A stretch of 63,129 bases of DNA, counting the filler, from Guillardia theta CCMP2712 (Eukaryota > Protista > Cryptophyta): the NCBI RefSeq assembly GCF_000315625.1. It is 6 parts of 6 records of this genome, joined end to end, with 100 filler letters (N's around TTAATTAATTAA, not from the genome) between each part and the next. Parts side by side here need not be neighbours in the genome. Positions count along the whole stretch, not along the records: positions 27,406 to 44,391 come from NW_005434325.1; positions 44,492 to 52,474 come from NW_005434665.1; 4 more parts are not named here. One strand, given 5' to 3'. Below the pieces are notes generated by a model. That model was not told where the DNA came from. It did no database searches and was given only the letters and a program-made list of their open reading frames with translations. Below are positions 35,345 through 45,331 of the stretch, in pieces. Within the stretch, counting starts at the first letter, position 1. The number at the start of each line of letters is the position of its first letter. A program made the translations under genes and the position numbers.

Positions 35345-36581
35345 GTGAAGCGGGTGATGCTGTGCCGCAAGACTATGACGCGAACTTGGTGGGTGACATG
35401 GGGCAGACAGCCAGGCGTCAGCCGGGAGACGGGCAGGTGCCGCAGGAGAAGCAGGCCCGGAGGAGCTGTGTGTGGTCTGCCTGGAGGACCTGGAAGAAAA
35501 GACGAAGCGGGTACTGTGATTCCGTCCTGCTGTCACTGCTTCTGCGAGGACTGTATCATGAAGCTCCTGCAACCTTCTTCCGGCGGAGATGCTGTCTGTC
35601 CCCTATGCCGCGCGGCAAACTTTCAAAGGGCGACGTGTTCTCGGTAGAGCAAACGCGGGAGGATCAGCAGAACCTTGCTCGCAACGCATCCGACGAGGAC
35701 GAGGACGGGGAGAGGCAGACGGATCGGGTGCAAGCGGAAGAGGAGGAGCGGGAAGAGGAGGAGCAGAGGCTGAGCCCCAAGATTGAAGCGCTTCTCGTCG
35801 ATGAGCAGGAGGCTCAGCAGGCAGACAAGACAGTCAAGTCCGTCGTGTCTTCCACCTTCCTCTCATGTTTGGATGAGATAGAAAGTGCCATGATCGCTGC
35901 TGGCATCCCCGTCTTTCGCATCGATGGCACGACGAGCATCCTCTAGCCCCGGCGGCTGATACAAGACTTGCACTCTCATCCTCAAGGCGCCTTTCTCCTC
36001 CTCAGCTCCAAGGTCACAACCCTTCCCACCTCCTTCCCCCTGCTCCCCTCCCCTCGCTCTGACCTCCAGCTGGGCGGGAGGCGCGGGGCTCTCGCTCACC
36101 ATGGCGTCGAGAGCTCACATGATGGCACCATAGCCCTTTTCTCTGAGACATGCCGAGACTATGTCTGAGAACTGTCCACATGTCATCGCTAAGTAAACTC
36201 TGAGTTGAGCTTGCTGTGCTATGAGCTCTGACAGAGCTCACATGATGGCACCATAGCCCTTTTTTCTGAGACATGCCGAGACTATGTCTGAGAACTGTCC
36301 ACATGTCATCGCTAAGTAAACTCTGAGTTGAGCTTGCTGTGCTATGAGCTCATTGGTGGAACGCGGCAGTCGACGAGCAGGCGATGCATCGGCTCCACCG
36401 CATCGGGCAGACGCGCCCAGTCAGCATCATCGGCTACATGTGCCAAGGGACCGTTGAGCACAAGATCATGGAGATGCAGGAGAAGAAAGATTGGCTGGGG
36501 AAGGCGCCGATGATGAGGATGGAAGCCGACGAGCTGCTGGAAATGCGCCTGCGGCTGTTGAGGACGCTGATCCTGAGATAG
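35345..36581 (+). pseudogene. RAD5/RAD16-like SNF2 helicase, RING plus C-terminal helicase fragment
   Basis: Frameshifted RING (CVVCLEDL / SCCHCFCEDC..CPLCR), SPKIEALL, KSVVSSTF..LD, FRIDGTT, in-frame TAG at 35944-35946 and WWNAAVDEQAMHRLHRIGQTRPV..TVEHKI (motif VI). Confidence 0.85.
36111..36351. repeat. 123-bp tandem duplication inside the helicase pseudogene
   Basis: GAGCTCACATGATGGCACCATAGCCC...GCTATGAGCTC at 36111 and 36234. Confidence 0.9.
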
Positions 36582-36598
36582 AGTCAGGGATGTCGTGA

Positions 36599-36811
36599 GA
36601 GACGACTACTCGGTGGGAGACGACTAGTCGGTGGGAGACGACTAGTCGGTGGGAGACGACTACTCGGTGGGAGACGACTAGTCGGTGGGAGACGACTACT
36701 CGGTGGGAGACGACTACTCGGTGGGAGACGACTACTCGGTGGGAGACGACTACTCGGTGGGAGACGACTAGTCGGTGGGAGACGACTACTCGGTGGGAGA
36801 CGACTACTCGG
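36599..36811. repeat. 18-bp tandem minisatellite GAGACGACTA(C/G)TCGGTGG
   Basis: About 12 units, a single variable position, no spacers. Confidence 0.95.
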
Positions 36812-37846
36812 ATCTGATGTGAAATTCATTCTTATGTTCATTCTGCTTCCACCAGCCTCGGAGATCCTCGTACTGATTTAACTTAACTTATTGTCCTCGT
36901 ACTGATTTTAACTTAACTTCCACCAGCCTCGGAGATCCCTCGGCGTCGCCCACTTGTCCTCTCTCAAACTTGATGCTGCTGATAGACACAAGGGGGGGGA
37001 GACTCGGAACTTACCGTACCGACTGATCGACCGTTATAAACCGTTGCCCGTGTCGCCACCGTACCATCTACCGTACAGAGTCAGCGACTACTTGTATTCC
37101 GGCAATGAAACAGGGCCACAGTGAAATCGAGTACCTTCCGAGCCTGGGCGCAGGTTCTTGTTGCCAACTTGGGACTGCTCGGTCACCTGCTGGGGAGGCA
37201 TGTGCGACAGCGGGTGCTGAGGCTGGCAAGTCATGAGGATGCTGGCTTCGCTTCTCCTCTCTTGGCTCTCGGCTCTCCCTCCCTTCTCTTCCCTCCTCCT
37301 CCTCCTTGTCTCCCCCCCCGAAGCCTCACGGGCTGCTGACGCTGACAGCGAGCGCTCACGGCTCCTCCGCTGCGTCGCTCAGAGGTCAAGTGCAGTGATG
37401 TCTGCTGTACTGGCGATGCCAGACCAGCCAGCTAGACTCCAGCAGCAGACAGCAGCCCCTTGTACCTCAAGAGGCTCATCCTCGTACAGCCTGAGGGAAG
37501 GACTCGCGCTACTGCTCCTTGCTGCTCGAGCTCACTCGCCTCGTGCCAGCTCTCGCTCCTCGCAAGCCTCTGCTCCTCGTCCTACCAGCAGTGAGGGAAG
37601 CCACCCGTACTTGCGACTCTCTCTCAGGCACCAGGGGTCATCCTCCCGAGCACATCTAGTCCTTGTATGCATCAAGCGCTTTGAGAGTCGTTTGACTGAC
37701 TTTGTTGACGATCAAGGCTGAGCCTAGCCTTGAGTGCTGTCCCTTGGCTGGAGTAGGTCCAGTCTGAGGTGAGCTCGCTTTTACTAGGGCTCAGGTAGGT
37801 ATGAGGGCGATTTCTATGGCTGCAGTTTTGTTCGCTCAGTCTGAGA

Positions 37847-40800
37847 CTAGTCGATACCAAAACCTCTAAGATAATCCTTGACATCTGAGTTATCAGCCAA
37901 AGTGAAGCATGTCTCGCCATCATTGTCCTTCTCCCTCAGCACCTCCTCCCCGCATGTCTCTACAACATACCGCAGCACCTCCAACTGCCCTCCCTCACTC
38001 GCTAAGTGCGCGCATGTCCTGCCGTGCTTGTCCTTCTCCCTCAGCACCTCCTCCCCGCATGTCTCTACAACATACCGCAGCACCTCCAAGTGCCCTGTGA
38101 AACTCACCCAGTGCGCGCATGTCGAGCCGTCATTGGTCTTCTCCCTCAGTACCTCCTCCCCGCATGTCTCTACAACATACCGCACTACCTCCATGTTCCC
38201 GCAGTGCGCGCATGTCGAGCCGTCATTGGTCTTCTCCCTCAGCAGCTCCTCCCCGCATGTCTCTACAACATACCGCACTACCTCCATGTGCCCTCCCTCA
38301 CTTGCCAAGTGCGCGCCTGTTTTTCCGTGCTTGTCCTTCTCCCTCAGCACCTCCTCCCCGCATGTCTCCCCAACATACCGCAGCACCTCCAAGTGCCCTC
38401 CCTCACTCGCCCAGTGCGCGCATGTCGAGCCGTCCTTGGTCTTCTCCCTCAGCACCTCCTCCCCGCATGTCTCTACAACATACCGCAGCACCTCCAAGTG
38501 CCCTCCCTCACTCGCCGCATGCGCGCCTGTTTTTCCGTGCTTGTCCTTCTCCCTCAGCAGCTCCTCCCCGCATGTCTCTACAACATACCGCACTACCTCC
38601 AGGTGCCCTCCAGCACTCGCCCAGTGCGCGCATGTCTTGCCGGCAATGTCCTTCTCCTTCATCAAGGTCCTCAGAGTCTCTTTCCCGCATTGTTTCTCTA
38701 CCGTCTTCAGCACCTCCACATGCCCATACTCCGCCGCCCAGTGCACCATCGTCTTCCCTTTCTCGGCCTTCGTTCCTACCTCTGCTCCTGCCTCTATCAG
38801 CTCCCTCACGCTCCCCGCCCTCCCCAGCATCCCCGCTACATGCAGCCCTGTCCTCCCGTCCTCCATCCGCTCGTCCATGTCGTACCCGCCCGCCTTCAGC
38901 AGCCCGATCAGCTCCCCCTGTCCTCGTACCACCGCCGTCACTGTCGGCGGCTCCCCGTGCTGGCCTGTCCTTGACATCGACAAGCCGTACATCCCGCACA
39001 GTCTCTTGCTCTGCTCTCGTCTGCCGTCATCGCCTGCTGGAGTCCGCGAGCTGATCTCGTACATCAGACCCGCCATCGTCCTCCAGTACACTGACTGCAT
39101 CGACTCCTCCGCAAGGGCTTGACATTTAAGGTCTCCCTGAGTGTCTTCGATCCAGTGCCTGAGCTTGTTGATCGCCATGTCCTTGACTCGGTTCGACAGC
39201 TCGATCGCCTCCTTGTATCTTGACTCCTCGTTGTACCAGCNNNNNNNNNNNNNNNNNNNNNNNNNNNNNNNNNNNNNNNNNNNNNNNNNNNNNNNNNNNN
39301 NNNNNNNNNNNNNNNNNNNNNNNNNNNNNNNNNNNNNNNNNNNNNNNNGCCGCTCCTGGATCCTCCCCTCCCACCCCCTCACGTCTCGCTCTACCTGCCC
39401 TCGCCAGGTTCTCCATCAGCCCTACGTACAGCTGCTTCCTCTTCCCCACAAAGTCCTCGATCGTCAAGCTCATCGGGTTCGCGTTGATCTTCAGCTCCAG
39501 CACCTTCACCCGCCTCCCCTCTACCTCCCTGTACCGCGGCGTCTTCACCACCTCCAGGTACGACAGCGGCGGATACAACATCTCCCCCTCCCCCGGATAC
39601 TGAGACACAAACGTCAAGCTCGCCCCCCGGTCGATCGCCCCGCAGCTGATCTCGAACACGATCGACTCTCCCTCCTCCCCGGCGTACTGCATCGCCGTCC
39701 TGACGTCTGTCGTCGTGCTCAGCAGCCCGTACTCGACTCCTCCGGACACCCCGAGCTTGTCCTCGTTGAGGAATCTCTCCGGCAGCCTCATCCCCTTCAG
39801 CCCCCTCCACACCCGCAGCCCCTCCGGCAGAGGCGTGTGACGAGACAGCTTGACGATGCCGCTGACGATGCAGTGGATGGTTGTCGTGTACTTGTTGGGG
39901 ACCTTGTTGGAGTCTCGAAGGAGCTCGTTGGGAGCTCGAAGAACAGAGTTGTACTTGAAGTACATCGGCCCTGTCATAGCAAGCCTCTTGTCAGCCTTCT
40001 CACGCTCTCTTGCTCTTCTCTCCTCCCCCACGCTCCTTCTCCCTCTCTTGCTATCTCTCTCTCGTACCTGTGTAGAGCTGCAGCGCGATCAGCTCCGCCT
40101 CCTGTAGCCCCGCCTTGATTGCCGTGTCCAGCCCCTTCAGCTCCTCCATTCCTCGGATCACCCGCGTCCCGTCCGACAGCCTCCGCCTCCTCTCCGGGTC
40201 TGTGACGTTGAGCCACTCCTCCTTGGCTGTCGTCGTGATGTTGTAGTTGCTCGTCGTGAACCCTTCCTCCGCGTCCTTGCCCTTGCAGTGCTCCTCCTCT
40301 ATCGCCTTCATCAGCTCCGTCTGCTCCTCCTCTATCGCCTTCATCAGCTCCGTCTGAGGTAGCCCGATCCGCTCCATCAGCCCCCCGTAGTACTCCTCGA
40401 TCTTCCCGTACACGGCCTCGCGTACCTCCGCAAACTTGCTGTTGTGCGACGTCGCACCGTCTCCTCCCGCCCGCCCTCCTGCCTCCGCCGGCCTCCTCAG
40501 CGCCTCCTCGAGCCTCCTCCCTATCGCCGTCTGCCATAGAGCCGATAGAGCGCTCTCCGTCATCCCCTGTAGCCCCGCAAGAGGACTCGCCGCGCTCCCG
40601 CCGGGGATGCACTCCGCCATGACTCGGAGGATGTTGAGGTCGCCGAGGCTGCTGGCCTTGCGCTCGAGCTCCCACTCTCTTGCGACTCTGACCTCGTAGT
40701 CGTCGTACGAGAGCTTGTCAGGGCTGAGGGCCGACGCGTCGACGCCGAGAGCCATGCGGAGGTTGTTGAGAAACGGTTTGTATTCCTTTGAGTCTCGAGG

Positions 40801-41142
40801 GGTCTGAAAGAGCTTCTTGAGGTCAGAGCTGATGTCGTCGGGGATAGTCCAGCTGGTCGTCTGCTGGGCACTAGCTGGTGGATCAGCCGTGGGATGGCTG
40901 ATTTGAGCTTTGATCTCGATGTCTGACTTGTTTGACGGCTGAGTCGTAGGGCTGGAGATGCTTGACGGGATGGTCTCTACGCCTCCTTGAGGAGCTGGGG
41001 CATCTTTGACAGTCTGCTTTCTCAGCTCGGCCTCCAGCTCTGAGATCCTTCTTGTCGCTTCTTCCAACCTCTGCTTGAGTAGCGAGTCATCACGACCCTC
41101 CTCGGGCTTCACTTTGGACGAGAAGCAGGGGAAGCAACTCAT
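37847..41142 (-). CDS. mono-ADP-ribosyltransferase (R-S-E clade) - ankyrin repeat protein, copy 2 (apparent 1-nt frameshift near 39397)
   Basis: Exon 41142-40068 and intron 40067-39971. Full catalytic motifs VWRGL / GLLSTTTD / SQYPGEGEML. Seven near-identical ankyrin units, one with a 15-nt deletion. An extra base versus copy 1 at ~39397 lies close to a gap. Confidence 0.85.
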
Positions 41143-41846
41143 GTCCCTTTCTCAGCCCAGGGAGAAACCTGCGTCAGGAGCTTGCATCAGCCGGCTTCAG
41201 ATATCCTCTGTCCTCCACCACTCTCTCCTTCCCTCGTCTTATGTCTCTCTATCTTGGATCTTCCTCTGTTTGTGGTTCGGTTTACAGCTCAACGATCGGA
41301 TTACAGAGCAGCTCAGCTTTGTGTTGTACACCTGAGGCTTTCTGTCTATACACTCTGATCCTACTGCCTGCAACTGCAACACCAAGAGCGTATCAGTCGC
41401 CTGCTCTTTCAGAGCTTATCAAGTATTCACCTCAACAAATGCCGTCTATTCTTGATGATAAGACCCATGACTCATTCTGACTTCCCCTCTCTTGCTCACT
41501 TATCCATGCATGCCTTATTCTCTTTCGAAGTTCTGCCCTGCTTCCGACTCTGCCTCCTTCTCCCCCGCCGTCTCCTTTCTCCCTTTCAATGACTGTTCGT
41601 AGAGAGAGAGGAAAAACGACAGCGAGGGAAGAAAAGACAAGGAGAAAGAAAGAAATAAGACGATCAAGAGAGAAAGCTTCACTATCCTTTCTTGACAAAG
41701 AAAGAGAGGGACCAAGACCGCCGAAAAAAATTATCAAGCACAGTGAAGGTTTCCTCTCTCCTTGGTATTCGTCATATTTCATCCCTTCCTTCAGCCGTTT
41801 CTTTTCCCTCCTCTCTTCTCCTTTCTTCTGTCTGTTGTCACGTCTC

Positions 41847-42332
41847 CTTCTCTCTGCAGCAGCTACAAGACATCTCTCACACTCTAGCGACAAGACAAGC
41901 TTGTCGTCACCCTCCCTCAAGCTCCTTCCATCCTCTCTCCCTCTCTCCTCCCGCTCTCCCCCTTCATCCTCCTGCCATGTTTCCCGCCCAACCACCCCTC
42001 TACATGGAGCCCTACCCTAGTCGCATACCACCCTGTATAATCCCATGGTTTTAGCCTATCAGGTACGGGTGAGCGACACCATCCTACCCTACCTGTTGAT
42101 GTATTTTGCACTGCCCTACCCCACCCCCAGAAGCCCCAGGTTTCCGCTAGTCATCGTAAGGGGTGGACGCGCTAATTGGAGCAACGGATCCGAGGCGGAC
42201 TGCTGCTAGGCTGATCGGACCGTACGGTAAAAGACAACGTGACTCAGTGACGGTCACCGGGCCCGGGGTACAGTGACTGCGGCTGACTGTGCGGGCCCTG
42301 ACTCAGCGGCCCTGGATGCCGACGAATGAAAT
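41847..42332. repeat. direct segmental repeat, copy B, upstream of ART-ankyrin copy 2
   Basis: Aligns by eye to 27670-28095 with additional short insertions. Confidence 0.88.
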
Positions 42333-43163
42333 GGAAGCCCAGGATGATCCGAGCGATGGCTCACGGGTGCCGAGTCGAAGCCTTCTCGCTGGGGGCCCGG
42401 AGGCTGAGCCTTGAAGCCCAGGATGATCGCTCTTAACGGGCTTGCGACTCGGATGAGCCGCACGGGCCGCGCCGGGCCCTCGATCAAGAGGCTTCTGCTG
42501 ACCTGACGCCCGGCCTGCGGAAGGCATCAAGGTCAAGACACGCGGCAGCTCTCAGTCTGAGCGAGGCTGCGAGAGCAGAGCTCCAGCTGGAGCACAGCAG
42601 CATCAAGCGAGCATCAGTGAGCGCAGAGGCATCAGAGCCTTGACTTGGACTCCAGCTGCCATCAAGCCGCTCAAGCACCACGAGCACTGTAGAGGAGCTT
42701 GGAGGCTAGCTTCCTTCTCCTCTCATGCCCCTCCGTCCTCCCGCTCCCTCCCTCCCCTCCCTCCCTCCCTCTCCTCACCGCACACACTCCCCTCCCCTCC
42801 TCCTGCTGTTCCTCCTCCTCTCTCCTCCATCGCTCCTGCCGCTGTTGCCTCTGCCCCTCCTCCCCGTCGACCTTGTCCGTCAGAGCTCTGAGAGCGTCAG
42901 CTACTCTTCATCCGCGACCTCCGTCACCGCCGATCGCCATGTCAGCTCTCTCCCTCTCCTCGCATCTTTCTCTCCCTCATCAGACCTCCCAGCAGCACCC
43001 CAGCACAAGTCCTGGCTACCTCTCCAGCTGCTGGGCACATGCCTCTGTCTCGCTCCTCTTTCTCACACCCTACCTCATGCTTGGATGGGTTGGAACCCCT
43101 CGCATGCCCACTATCATATCTTTTGAATGACAGAGAAAGAAAAGGCAAACTGGAGCAAACATG

Positions 43164-43833
43164 CAAGAGGAGGATAAACCCTACAAATCCGCCTCAACAA
43201 GACACCAGGAAACGGAGGAGGCAGCAATAACCGCTAATCCAACCACGCAAGCGACGGCATGCACGGCAAGCAGGGGAACAAGGATCAGGACAAAGAGCAG
43301 TAGCGCAAGGCTCCTGTTTAGTTTTGAACTGTCAACCACATGTTCCATCGATGCATTCATGCGGTTGCAATGCTATGCTGATTGGATGCGGATGCGAAGG
43401 TTGCGTTGCACTCATATGAGGTTCCAGCATCCGGCATATTGCATTAGAGAGACTGCTGCAATATGCCTGATGCTGTGAATGCAGAACATCAACAACATGA
43501 AACGTACAGTATGAAATCTTCCTCACCGACGGCTGCTCATTTCGTGAGCATCGTGTCCTGGGTTTCGCGCCGTGCGTGCAAAATGCAACATGTCCTCGTT
43601 GAACACACAACAGGAAAGCTTTCAGGAACACAATCTTGTTGCCCAAGTGATTGTTCAACAATCGGAGGGTGAGCTCATGTGTGCAGGCTGGCATGAATCT
43701 ATGCTGGCAGGATGATAGTTCATGTTATGTTGTCAACAAGGAAGAGGAGGATAAACCCTACAAACCCGCCTCAATAAAAACACCAGGAAACGGAGGAGGC
43801 AGCAAAACCGCTACTCCAACCACGCAAGCGACG
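43164..43833. repeat. ~90-bp direct repeats flanking an internal hairpin
   Basis: AAGAGGAGGATAAACCCTACAAA..CACCAGGAAACGGAGGAGGCAGCAA..CCAACCACGCAAGCGACG at ~43164 and ~43742; 19-bp stem at 43425-43475. Confidence 0.8.
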
Positions 43834-44491
43834 TATATAGTAGTAGTATCGGAGGACGTGGCCCTGCCATGGAAGTTTGTGGTTTGAAATATTGTGCAAC
43901 AATAAAATTGACAAAAAACCAATGGAAAAGTATTGAACCTAATTCGAATCCTACTTATTAAGATCCCATAGCACTGCTCACGTCGGCTTTTACCGGAGCA
44001 GTTTAAGTAAAACTTTAGTACCTACAACGTGCTGAGACCTGTACACCGGAAGCCTGGGGGTGACCCGTCCTGCTGACCGTTACAGGGGTGGGAGGGCCAG
44101 GGGTAGTGAAAAAAAATACTAGTCCGTCTGGTAGCCCAGTCGGACCGGTTCTTTGCAGCTACTCGGTACGGGTCCTCAGCCTTCCGCCGAACAGCCGACC
44201 AATTTTTTTAACAAGATAGCAATTCCGATGATCAGGGTGGGTGCCAGAGAGGCTGTACGCCATGGCTGTTGGGCAGCAGGTTGTTGACGTTGCTTGCAAG
44301 GTTATGATGATGGAGATGATGATGGAGATGATGATTATGATGATGATGGAGATGATGATGGAACGGTCAGAGGCACTCGCCCGATACAACGNNNNNNNNN
44401 NNNNNNNNNNNNNNNNNNNNNNNNNNNNNNNNNNNTTAATTAATTAANNNNNNNNNNNNNNNNNNNNNNNNNNNNNNNNNNNNNNNNNNNN

Positions 44492-45150
44492 AGTCGAATA
44501 CCTGGTGCTCCTGCAGCGCCTGAAACTCCTCGACGATGAACGGGAAGTTGAAGAAGAATCTGAGGAGCTTGGGGGCACAAGGGTCTCTTATCAGCTTGAT
44601 CAAGGGATCGTCACTCTCTGGCGGCTCAGGAAGCGGATCAGGGATAGAGGATCGAAGAGACTCTTTGAAGAGAGAAGCAAGGACGAGAAAGTCGCTGGCG
44701 TCTCCTCCACTCATAAGCTTATCTATCCTCTCCTTCAGCTGCTCTATCCTCTCCTTCAGCTGCTCGTCTGTCGTTGCAACATTCAGCAAGTCTTCCCTCG
44801 CCATCACCTCAAAGGAAGAAATCTCCGAAAGCTTCCGCTTTATTTCCTCTGTATCTAGATCAGGGGGGAACCATCAGCGATACGCTGAATATGGTTGGCA
44901 GACGGAATTTTGACTGCTCTTCCCTGGGAGGATCTGCTAATTTAAGTCACAAGGATGCTGATGATCACAGGCTGGCTGATTTCACGTCATCCAGAACAAA
45001 GTAGAGACTTATATCCATCATCATTCCATCTCCGACTCAATCATCATAATGTTAATCGTAGTCTCCACTTCCATCATGATCCCATCTCCATCATCATGGT
45101 CGTCGTCGTCATCATCATCATCATCATCATGGTCATCATGGTCATCATAG

Positions 45151-45206
<56 letters not shown>

Positions 45207-45331
45207 GTCGTCGTCGTCGTCGTCGTCATCATCATCATCATCATCATCATCATCACCACCACCATCGTCTCCATCATCGTCGTCTCCATCATCTTACCAC
45301 CATCCATCGCTGCCTCCTCCCCTTCCGCCAT
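44492..45331 (-). CDS. hypothetical spliced protein running into a gap
   Basis: Candidate first exon MAEGEEAAMDG with a GT donor, an (ATG)n-rich intron and a protein-like exon with a short coiled coil (EQLKERIEQLKERIDKL). Confidence 0.35.

Noticed and set aside
36599-36811. 18-bp array as CRISPR or a coding SRLPPS repeat
   Set aside because: No spacers, and the ORF consists almost entirely of the repeat
30392-41142. Diversity-generating retroelement as the source of ankyrin variation
   Set aside because: No reverse transcriptase or non-coding template repeat is visible in the window, and the variation is not obviously adenine-specific
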